Positions 23,601 through 35,600 of a stretch of DNA of 64,000 nt are shown in pieces. A model generated the notes under the pieces. It was not told where the DNA came from. It searched no databases and saw only the letters and a program-made list of their open reading frames with translations. How positions within the stretch are numbered: position 1 is the stretch's first letter; each line of letters opens with the position of its first letter. Origin of the DNA: Podarcis bocagei (lineage: Eukaryota); NCBI GenBank assembly GCA_964188305.1, contig OZ076895.1. One strand, written 5' to 3'. A program made the position numbers and the translations under genes.

Positions 23601-26600
23601 TCCAGCAAGGAACTGCCGTCGTGAGGTGGCCAGGCCTGTTGCAGTGTTAGTGCAGAAACAAGTTAGAAAGGGACACAGAGACAGATGCTGTGCTCAAGAC
23701 AGATTCAGGGAGGTTAAGCTTCAGAGATCAGAGGAAAACTTAAACAGCAGCTTGGCAATCAGAGTTCAGAAGTAACCAAAATGCAATAATTACTACAGAG
23801 CTGGTTGCAAGGGCAGACTTTTTTCACCATCTTCCCTGAAGCACAAAGAGAAAGCATTTTGTTAGGGAGAAACAGTGAGAAACATTTAGTGTCAAGCAAA
23901 CAGCACAAATAGCCTGGTTATAAAGAGGGGAGAATACAACAGGACCCTGTCCTTTGGTGACACTGCTTTCGATTCTTTCAGGACTTTTCTAGCAAGACAC
24001 GCAGTGGCAACTGGAGGAGCTGCATCAATATTCACATTTAGTTTGTGCACCTGTATCTCTCACATGTATTAAGATTGTGGCCTAATCATTTCATCCAATA
24101 TTAAGTAGGTTTTGGTGAGTTAGACTGAGTGAGTCTCAGACAACAGTTCAGGTACTCTTACTGATTGGAGGAAAGAAAGCTTCAGTCCAGTTCGAACTGA
24201 AAGTCAAACAAATCCTGAACTGAACACTGGACTAAATCTTTAATTTATGCCCAGCTGATCAGATTTCTCCTTCTGACTGAAAGTTTTGAGAGTACGTTAT
24301 AATGGCTCAATTCTGACATTCTCTGATTCCCTATTTCCTGGAACATCAGTGCCACCAGAGGTAGGGCATACCTGTTTAATCTCTTCCACTTCTTCTCCAG
24401 CTATCAAGAAACCCACCCGTTATTTGTGCCCAGTCTTCTAACTTCTAACAGAAACCTTTTCCCACCATCCCAGAATCTGTGATAGGATGTCGGGTCAAAA
24501 TCCAGTAAAACAAGAAACCTGTAAACAAACTGAGCATCAAGCCAAGCCGTGCTTCCACAAGTGCTGCCTTGTTTTACAGGACAGCTGCAATAAACTGAGG
24601 GATGCAGCAGAGGGTACTGCACATATGCCATTACTTCCAGAGACCAAAGTAGCATTTTCTGTCTCCCCATCATGGATCTTACTTCACAAAGGTACCTCCC
24701 GTTCAACAGCCACATTAAAACTAGAGCAAGTGTGCAGCAAGATTAGCCGTATCTTTGCTATTTATTAATTATCCACCACAATAATAAAGGATGACTACTC
24801 CTTGATCTCTTATTAATCTTTTATTGCAATTCAATGTTTTCTGGGAGAAGCTAGTTCTTAGTCCTGGCTTTATCACTATTTTTTGCAGATCCTTTCAGAT
24901 CTGCCTTATACTGTCCACATTGAAATTTCCAGTTAAGAAGCCTGAGATGGGGAGAAGAGCTGCATGTTGTTCTGCAAGAGTTTTTATGATGGGTGCTGGC
25001 CACCCACCCTATAGATCCATATGGATTGAAAGGCAGGATATAAATACTTTAAATAAGAATAAATATGCATGACTTAGAGTACTCCAGTTGCCCCAAGCAA
25101 CTAAAAACCAAGTACGATGAGGCTAAAGCAGTGCTGCAAGTTCAAATCCTAAAAAGGTAGTTTCTTTTAACTTCTCTGAAGTCAAATATCATCATCTTAT
25201 GATTTTCATTGTAGCTGTCCTTGTGCAAGGCTGTCTTGGAATCTGCTGCTCGGCTCATTAGGTACAGGCACAGAAAAATCCCTGGCGTGGCTGAGCTGCT
25301 GCTCAGTGTACATGGACAGATGCTCTTCAAAAATAGGATCCCAAGATCCTGCTGGTTTTTTTAAGTCTGGGAAGAAGAATACAATTTGCACACCTAGGAA
25401 AAAAGTATTCTATCTGCAGCATAAGCACACAATTCAATAGATACATGTTGTTGGCATCTGCCTGTCTTGAGAGACAATGGAGTGTGCCTCCGGGGGTGAA
25501 GTCAAACTGCTGGAGAATCACAGCACAACCGACCCATTCATTTCCACCTATTTCCATGGCCCTGTCTAGTTCAGTAGAAGTTGGAGACAGACCCAATCAA
25601 ATGTATGTAGAACAGCTATTTTTAGAGCTCAATTCCTTTGGCTATAATTTTAATCCTTTTATTAGGTCTATATTATTTGTTAAGTGCCTTATAGTCCTTT
25701 AAACACCATTAATTTCAGAAGTGTAATACACAGCTCCAGCAAAGCAGGCTGAACATGTTTTTACACTCTGCAAGGACAGTGTGCCAAGCAACACATGAGA
25801 TGCAGCACAAGAAATATTTATGCTGGAAGCATCTTAATCCCAATTATTAAGGGATTACATTTCCCTTCCAAAGCACAGGAAGAGGGAAGGAATACGCTTT
25901 CTCAAACATTGGCCCTTCCCATTCAAGCATACATTCCCACAAGTCACTCTTCTAACTAAAACAGATGACGCATGAAGTAGGTTTTGCATGTCTAAACCTG
26001 AATAAGGCACCCGTATGCTAAGCTGATCATATCTCTATGCAACTCATGAGCTAATACAAATAATCCCTTCCCAGGTTCCTATTTTAGTCAAGAGACGGGG
26101 ACCTTAAACATTTTCCTCTGCTAAGAATTGAGGTGGGGTGAAGTGGCAAAAAAAGCTAGCAATTCCCTCCAACAGGAGTAACAACAAGGTACAATGCCCA
26201 TAGCTCCAAAAGTAGATACTAGTCACACTGCTTCCTGGACTGTCGTCTTGATTTCAAGTCCTTTGGTGGAAAAGCAGCAGACATCTGTCATGGGTGCTTT
26301 AGCTGAGATTCCTGCACTGCAAGGGGTTGAGCTAGATGACCCTTGGGAACCTTTCCAATTCTACGATTCTATGAAGTGTTCCATCGTGAGCACCAATTCA
26401 ACAGTAGACACAGCCCTCAACCCTGAATTGCCGCTATGCATGTTGAAGCAGTGACAGTCACTGCCACATACACACTCTGCCCAAACAAATAAACAGCTGG
26501 CTGTGCCTCTTCAGAGTTATGCAAACTGGCCCAGGTCTGCACAGAACCCCAGCTGAACCACTAGGAAAGGTTCTATCATGGCCTTCCCTGCAGTTACTAC

Positions 26601-29600
26601 AGGGAAGACTATAAACTGAGGAAAGGAGTTTGCTACCCAAAGCATCATTAAAACTTGAAAAACATAAGCCACTATCATTGTAGCCTTTTGGCTGAGCAGC
26701 ACAATAATTTTTTTAAAGACAGCTTTCTGGAGGATATACTTAAGAGCAACTCAGCCAAGCCCTGGGGTTGGAGAGACACAAGAAGGCAGATGTGAATGGA
26801 CAGCATGTGACAACAGATCCAAGTAGCAGAAAACAAAAAGACGAGGAAGGAGTAAAGGTGTTACACACAAAGAGCCAAGCAGGGCGTACTCAGAAATCGG
26901 GTCCTCCTGCCACCAGGCTTGAATGTCACCCGCTCAGATGCACAGTTAAACTTCACACACCCTGTGATAAAACAAAAATAAAAGAGGGGAAGAACAAGGA
27001 GAAGAGAAGAGAGACAGAACACAACTACAAGATGTTAGAAAACTCTTTAAGCTGGTGGTGAAATGCACTAGCAAGACACAGGAGAAAAGAACCTCACTGG
27101 TAGAGGAGCATTTGCAAGACCCAAGGAGCCAGGACTCTTCTTTCCCCCACCCCCACTCTCAAAATCATGTTTGTTTCCTCAACTGGAACAGAGCTATCCT
27201 CCAATAGTTAATCCAGCAGGAACAGGGTTGCATGCCACAAGTGATATAAAACAGCCAATGCACACATTGACATAATACATTGCACAACTTGAAAGACACA
27301 CGAGGTACAGGTTAGTAGGGCTCATATGGTTAAAAAGGAATGAGCAGAAGCTCCCTTCTCATTAGGAAGGTGACTTGGAAGAAGCAGTAGCATATTCTGT
27401 TCTTGTATTGATATATCCACCTCCTTGTCTTGAAGCCACTCCACCCACACCATTAATGTGTGTGTCAGAAATGAGTATGTTATGCATGCAAACTGCAAAT
27501 TCAAATATGGTCTCTCAGGGACCATTATAAACTTCTAACTTGTGCAAATAAAGTTGACAAGCTCCCAATTTATCCAGGGAGAACATATTGCACTCTCTGC
27601 CTCAAGCTCTTCCCCTCCATCATCTCTCCTTGATGTGGAAGGTGCAAAAACATACAGGGCAACCTTCACTGTCATATCCTTAATTTTACTTGCCGGAGTG
27701 TCCCAGGCCTCACAGCTTCATCCTACGAAGGAGACAATCTGAAATGTAGCAGGATATTTAATCCCCCACCTCAGCCCCCAGTCACGTTTCTCTCCATGCT
27801 GCTAATCTACAACATTTACCTTGGCCTGGCGCAGAAATGGCACCATCACTAGTAAAGGCAGAGTAGAGGTTCTCACTAGAAGGAGATGGTTTCAGAGGCT
27901 GTAACAGATGGTTCTGTCCTGTCTCTTGGACAGTGCCAGGAGGGAGGAGGGTCTGCTGTTGGGGCAAGACCGAAGGTGCACTCTGAGCAGACAGATTGCC
28001 TAGGGAGAGAGGGAAGCAAATCAGGACACTGGCAACATGATGGGTACTTAAGTTTTCCCATCCCAAATGCACAGTGTTCATATTTCACTTCTTAAGGATG
28101 ACCTCTGGCACATGAAAGGAAACTCTAGATCAGGGATAGGGAACTGGATCCAGCTGGGGGGGGGGCTAGTAGTGGGTTACCCCAACTCCAGTGGCCCACT
28201 TTAACTGGTGGGTGCCTGGTTTCTGCAGAGACCAGCTGTGCTACCAGGAAACATGGTAGCAAATACAATCCAGTGGGCTTGAAGTTGCCACTTATCAGTT
28301 GATAGGCAGCAACTTCAAACATGCTTTTTGCAGGGATAAGCTGCACTACACTACAATAGAGACAATTCCTGCAGAAAAAAGGGCTTTGAACTACCATATG
28401 TCAGCCAACAGAACTTCCCATGCAGGGATCAACTGTGCAGCCCAACCCCAGCAGGCTTGCTCTTCCTGCCAATCAGCTCTTCAGCCATGACAGCAAATCT
28501 CCCTTGCCAATGCACAACTGGGAATGCACTTTAAGGCTCTACCTGCCCCTCGCCTGACATCACATCTGATTATGTTGTGTGTGCGGTAGGTCGGCATGGC
28601 ATGGAGGGAAATGGCCTTGTAGGCCAAACTGGGAGCTATGCAAGGCCTGATTAGGCCTGTGGCCCAGAGGTTCCCTACCCCTGCTTTAGATATTAACTAG
28701 GCTGAAACCAGCAACAGCTAATGGGAGAAATGAACACAGGCCAAAAAATTGAAAAGCTTTCACAGGACTGCTACACTGCTGCTTGTGGCTACTCCGTCAA
28801 CAAGGGCAATGCACACAAATTAAGACTCAGCATCCACCTGTTTCTAGTGGGTACGGTAACGGAAGACTAATTAGTTATATTTACATTCCACACCTTAAAA
28901 GTAAAATCTACAAGGCAGTAAACAATAAACACATTAACTGCATGTCTTCACTGCACATACCCCACAGAAAATGCTGCAGGAAGTCTTGCTTTGCCCAATA
29001 CAATCCCTCAGCACTTCTTGAGTTTTCATCTAAAGTCTAAAATGCACAGTGAAAAGGCTATGGAATACAACTTTGGTGCTTACGTTTTGCATAACACTTG
29101 AGTGGTGTTGTGGATAAAGACAGCTGAATGTGAGCTGAGGAGACCTGGGTTTCTGGGGGTGGGGAACCTCTGACCTGCAGGCATATCTTGGTTCAACAGG
29201 GCCCCCAATTTGTCCAGCCAGGCTATTTCTTCAAAATCACACCCACCTGCCAATCAGCTGTTGCCACACTGATGGGCGGGGAGGCACCAGATGATTGTTG
29301 GGGGCATGGGGTTGCCTTCTGTGTTAGCTGCACAAACCAGTTCTCCACAAGGAACTGCAGAAGAATTTAACTTTCTGCTCATCAGCTGATGGAGAGGGGA
29401 GTTAAATCCTGCTGAGAACCCTGCAGAGAGCAGAATTGAACTCTCCACTCATCTGCTGAGGAGTGGAGACTTCAGTCTTGCTGCATGCTGCTTCAAAGCA
29501 CAGTGCAGGGCTGTTGGAAAGCCCTTTTACAAAGAGCTTCAAGCTGCTACTTAAACCTCCAGTTTTCCCAGGTTTAAAGAGCAGCACTGGGCTGCTTGCA

Positions 29601-32600
29601 AAACACTTTCCAACAGCCCTGCAGTGTGCTTTGAAGGGCTTCAAAGTACAATGTCACATGGCATTGTAGTGACGTCAGGTGATTGAGAGGTAGGCACCCC
29701 ACACACCTGTCAAATTTGGTTCACCAGGCGTGGGAAAATAAGGATTTGGCCGGCCAAGTACAAAAATATCCCCACCCCTGGTTCAAGTTGCCAGAGAGAC
29801 ATAAAGCTCACTAAGAAACAGAAAGCCAGCCACCTGCTTTCAGCTTAATCTACATTACAAAAGGAAGAGAGGCAGCGATCATGTGCACTACTCTGAGCTC
29901 CTTGAAGGAAGTGGGATAAAGATCAGTGGCAGTTGGAAGGAGAATTTGCAGTAGGAGAGTTCATGGTAGCCAGTCGAGCCCATATTAAGCAGCCCGTATT
30001 AAACAAAAAGTCACAAGACACTACACAAAGTCAACTTACCCAACCCATGGCCATTTCTAAAGTGTCTTACCCAAAATTTGAGGGCTCTTGTTACCCTGGG
30101 AGCTGCTGCGGCTGGATCTGCTGCCTTTTCCTTTAGTGGGTCTTCTTCGCCTGCCTGACAGAGGAGCGGCAGGAGGGATGATTACTGCTGGAGGTACCTT
30201 GCCCAGTTTCGTGTAAAGCAGTTCAATCTCCATCTTTTGGCGACTTTGAAGCTCTTGGATCTCTTTAAGGTGCCTAAATGAACAGGAAAGAAATATGTGT
30301 CACTTTTCATACCACTAAATCATCCCAATAATGGATGGACAAGTGAACCCAGATTAGAAGCTATTTATCTAGGCGTTATCCCATACAACTAGGGCTGCAC
30401 ACAGTATGACAGTGGATTACCACCCTCTCAGAGGAGTGCTCCAAACAGCATGCAACACAGTGCAGGGCAGTTCAGGGCAGGCTAGGAAAGGGGGAGAAGC
30501 AAATAGTTTCAGGAGGAAAAGGGGAGAGAAAAAATCCACCCCAGCATTCTCCTGTTGTACTAAGGATTTTATAGCTATATAAAGGGGGCGGGGAGGAGAG
30601 AGTAGTGGGAAAAGTGGACATTTACTGTAAAACACATGGACCATCAGTAGTTAAATTCTCTTCCCCTGCCCTTCATTTTCTCCCACTGCCAACTGCCTAC
30701 TCCTAGAGTTCACTGATACTAGATGAGCCTGGTTCCTTTGGATCAGAAACGGGGAACCTTGGACCACCATGTGTTTCAAGAACGTTAAGGTTTGGCCTAT
30801 ATATTAATATATGGACAGATGGTTGATACTTTACTTAATTGTGTTGATTTATTTTCTTGTGCTTCATTATGTTTTAATCACTGCAACCTGCCCTGAGTCT
30901 GTTTTTTAAAAAAGAAATAAATAGATAATACACTAAGCTCATCAGCCCAAGCCAGCATGGCCAGTTGACAGGGATGATAGGAACTGGAGTACAAAAACAT
31001 CTGGAAGGTCACAAGATCCCCACCCCTGGCTTCAGATCCATTTTTCTCTCTTGGCTCAACTGCCCAAAGTATCCTGGAAGCCCAGAGGTTCTTTCCAGGC
31101 AGTTTTGGAACTGTTTTTCTAATTCTTTTATGAACGCTGAGGCCTGGTGCCTCCCCCCAAGGTAGTGTTGCCCAGGATTCATCACTCCGGTCTCCCATCA
31201 AGCTGATGTGGTCCATATTCAGGGACACGAGAACACGACAAGCAGAGTTCAAAACAGAAGCTCAGCCTTCAGGAGTAACATCTAAGCCTAATTTATTGCA
31301 AATTAAATCAAACGTAACAGAACAAAGAAAACATGGCTCCTCTCTGTCTTTGTTCCTCGGAGAGAGTTGCAAAAGCAAAAGCTATACAGAGCAGAAACAG
31401 CGTATCTCAATTGCCTCTCCCAAGACTCCAACAATCAGTGCTGGAATGTAAACAGACATGTGACATGTAACAATCCCACACACACATCTGCAGCACAGGA
31501 GGAATGAAATTCTCAACACTGAATCACCTGAATTTGCAATTAGCTAAAGCGAGAAAGCCAGAAGCATGGGAGCTCTGTACTTTAGTCCACTCATAAAACA
31601 CTAAAGAGCTAGACATCTAGTCCACTCATGCATTTTTAGCACCTAAGACTGAACAGTGTCCCAGACATCTCCAGTTCAAATCTTGCCTCTGCTGTGAACT
31701 CTCAGAGAAGCCCCTATTTTCTCATCCTCAGCTGCCTATCCATTAATAAGGAGATGTTAATTGCAAGGAAACACTCATTCCACTAGAAAAACAGGGGACA
31801 AATATTGTAGACCTCACTATACAAATTCCCTGCAAGTGTTGGCTGCAGATAACTGTTTTTAGTCCCACTACACAGGATAAAACTTTCATCAAGTCATGCT
31901 TCTACTCATTATGTCCTCTTAAAAAAGTCTGGGTGGGGTGGGGCTAGAGGACTTACTTCTCTCGCAATTGGCGCAGCTCGCACTTCAAGTCTTCATCTTC
32001 TATGTCCGACTCATTATCACTGCTCATGTAGGAAGAGTTGAATGAGTTGCTAAGGCTCTGAACTGGAAGACTGATCTTTGACCCAGGTGGATGGAGAGTG
32101 TCTGGACTCCTTGAGCCATCATCTTGCTCCTTAGCTGCACCACTCAGGAAGGCAGCTTCCAGCTCAGACGATGGCCCATTCAGGTGCAGAGAATGCCTTC
32201 TCGCGATAAGCCCTGGTTTAGGAGTTTTGATGGGAGAAGAAACGTGCTCAGAGTTTACAGTCAGAGGGACTATTGCAGGGGCCTCTCTCTCCACACAGGT
32301 CACCTCATCTTGAGTTTTAGACACAGAAAACCGGCCCACTTGGTCTGTTGCTGTCGTCGTCACCTGGAAACGCCCAACCTTGGTTGGCTGCAAATTGGCG
32401 GTGGAAGTGTGTGAAAAAACTCCATCCACCACATCTGCAGAGGTAACAGCAATGGCCTCGGCTATCCCACTGGAGGTTGGCTTCACCAGAGTACTCTCAG
32501 GGCTGCTGCTGCTAGACAAAGATGAGGAATCTGAGCTGCTTGTGTCGAAGTGCCTGGGCTTACTTCCACTCTCTTTCTGCTCATCCACAGCTACTGACAC

Positions 32601-35600
32601 CTAGAGACAATAGAGACATACAGTATTATAGCCAGAGCACCTTTACAGAATGGCACTTTACAAAGTGTAAGAGGATAGGTTCCTGCCTTGAGCAGCTGAG
32701 TCTGAAATTTGACACAGGGGACGCAGAACAAAAAGGAAAAGAAAGTGGAAGCAGGGTTAAACAGAAAAATATGTGGATCTGCTTCACATGTATAGGCTTA
32801 GTTACAGTTACAGTAAGGCACAAGAACTAAGGGTTGTTTGTGCCAAGGCTTCACGTAAGAAGTCAGAACAATTTTAAACAGTTCTCCCTCCAAAAGGAGC
32901 CAACCACTGCATTAGATCATTTTCTGATAAAAACATGTGCTGACACCAAATAACATAGTCACAAGATGAAAGCAGAAAATGGATAATGAGACAAGATGGA
33001 CGTCTTTTGAAGAATGCTAGTAATGCTTAAAGGGCAAGAGTGTTGTTGATGCAGATGGGGCCAGAGCAGCCATAACAGCTGTACAATATTGTCCCAGTCT
33101 CAGCTCCCTGTCTATAAAATAAGAACCATAGAAGTCACACAGTAGCTAGGGTAGACACAACAAAATGCTGTAGAATACCTGAAAACGACCCATCTTAAGA
33201 ACTGCAACTCCTGAGGTGGTAGTTGTGGAGCAGCTTCCTGCATCCTGAGAATCTGAAATGGGGAAAAGTGGGAAGAGGATTTGCAATTCAATTTTTTGCT
33301 CACTGTGTTCGTGAACAAAATTCTCCGAGAAAAGTCAATCAAAAATGTGTTCCTCTAATTAAATCAAAGGAAGCTGTTACAAAACTGTTTTAACACTTTC
33401 AGTTAAGTCATATTACTTTTTTCTAGTTAACCAGGGCTAGGTGGGGGCTTTGTTTTGGGAACACGCAGAATTCACCTTCTACAAAAAGGCATGTAGTACC
33501 TCATTCGAACATTTCCTTAACAAAAACTGATTATTTTCATATTGGCATTGACAACACATGACAGGATTCTACTGGCAGAAATGTTGCTTGCCTACCCAAG
33601 AGAAACCTAAAGGAATTACTAACATATTAACTCATTAGGCCCTATTGGAAGAGAAGTGCAAGCAATTCGTACAAGAGAAAAGAACTTTACACTAAAGTTG
33701 CAATGGGAAAACAATGACCTATTTCCTAAGGCTGTGCATGCCCCCCCTCCAAAAAAACTGGGCTAATGTGGGAAACACCAGGCCCAGATCCAGCCCCAAA
33801 TCAACTGGGGGAGTGGAGAGGAAAGGAGCAAACTCTGCATCTCCTACCTCACCCCAGAGCAGGAGGATTTAATTCTGCTGGGAGCTGCTCCACCAGACCT
33901 TTTCCCACAGGGAGCACACTGGCAGGGCAGAGCTGAAAGTCAATGGGACTGAAACCTCCTGTTCATGGGTGGGGAAAGAGACACAGCGCTCGCTTCCCTC
34001 ATCATCTGAGAGGTGCCGCAAAAGCAGAGGCTGGCAAGGAAGATGCAGTGTGTTCCACTTGAAAGGCCTCAAGGGACAGCTGGGTGGCAGCAAGGAATGG
34101 CACAGGTGGGAGAAGCCTGAACTCCCAAGACCCGGCAGCATCCATGGGATGTGCTTGGTGCTTGCTTAAAGGGTAAGATAGGCAGGAAGGGAACTTGTTG
34201 AGGCTGATGATGGGAGCAATGAGTAGTGTGGATGGAGGCGGCAGAAGCCAGACCCACTGTAGGCACTTTCTTTATAGGGCCTTGTATGGCAACACAAATC
34301 CCTGTTCGGTTTCAGCAGAAGGAGCTGCTAGTGTGCTGGAGGAAATCAGGTAAGATTACAACAGCAAGAGAGACTTGCAAAATGAATACTGTTTTAGATG
34401 CTTACCAGAGAATTCAATCCTTCAGGGGTCAGCTTCCCCAGCACATTCCCTGCGGGGAGTTTGCTGGAGAAACAGACTCCCTGCCTCTCCTGCATCCCAA
34501 CCAATGTCCCACTCCCTAACAGTCCCAGATTGTTCCAGGCAGCCCAACCTGGCTCAGTCTGGTGCTGCCTCTACCCAACTTAGGATTCCCCTCCTCCCTA
34601 ACTGGCCCAATTCAGTTCAGGCTTCAGCCAAATCTGGTGCACAGCCTGAATATTTACAATGCCTGAGTGACCACAGTACAATCAAATCATTGTTAAAGAG
34701 CAAAAGGGAATGTGCTACCCATAAAAGCTACTGGGAAAAGAATGAACCCTACAGATCATTTTAGTCACTGCTTAAGAGCAATCGTACTTTCACCCCGTGT
34801 CAAACTATCCACATAATCACTTGGGTCTTTTTTAATTATTATTCATTTGTTTTGAGGTAGAATTCCAAAAGCCAATATTTTTGAGATTATAATCCTTTTG
34901 CACAGGATTCATGAACAAACCTCTAATATAACAAACAGCAGACAGCAAGTGTTCTTGTTCAGACATTGTTCATTCCAAAAGGTTCTTACCAGTATTTGTA
35001 GACTGTTCTGGTGCAGATGCCATTCCAGTAACCGTTGTAGAAGCCACTGATGGCAGAGGCTATGAAAAACACAAACAAACAAAATAAAGTTTACCAGAAT
35101 ATTCTAATTTCCTTTTCTTTTTTAAAAAATTCAGGGCACTAATTTGCCCGTAGTTATTCACGGGATCACATCAATTCTCTTAAGCTTCAGATGCCAAAGC
35201 AAAGCACTGATGAGTATCCACTATAGAAAGCCAAGGCCTCTCCTTAAGCAGCCTTCCCAAATCCAGTATTAGCATATGCAAGGCCATCCTGTTTCAAATA
35301 ATTCTGCACACACCACAGCATCTTAAAGTTGGAGAGGGGAAACCCTGAAAAAACAGCTTTGCTGGGGGGACCACTAGGGGCGCATCGGACGATGGCTGAC
35401 AATAACATCTCTCCGACCCACATGAGGTAAATTGGAGGCTGTGATGGGAGTAAATAGCCTCCCTACCCCCCCCCCCAGGATTATGGTGGGGGACTGCCCT
35501 TGCCTGCTGTGCCCTATACCACCCCCGAATTTGTGGGGATGGGGGCACTAGGCACAATGCCCTCCTGTGGGATTTCGGCACTCCTGGACGCCATCTCTGA

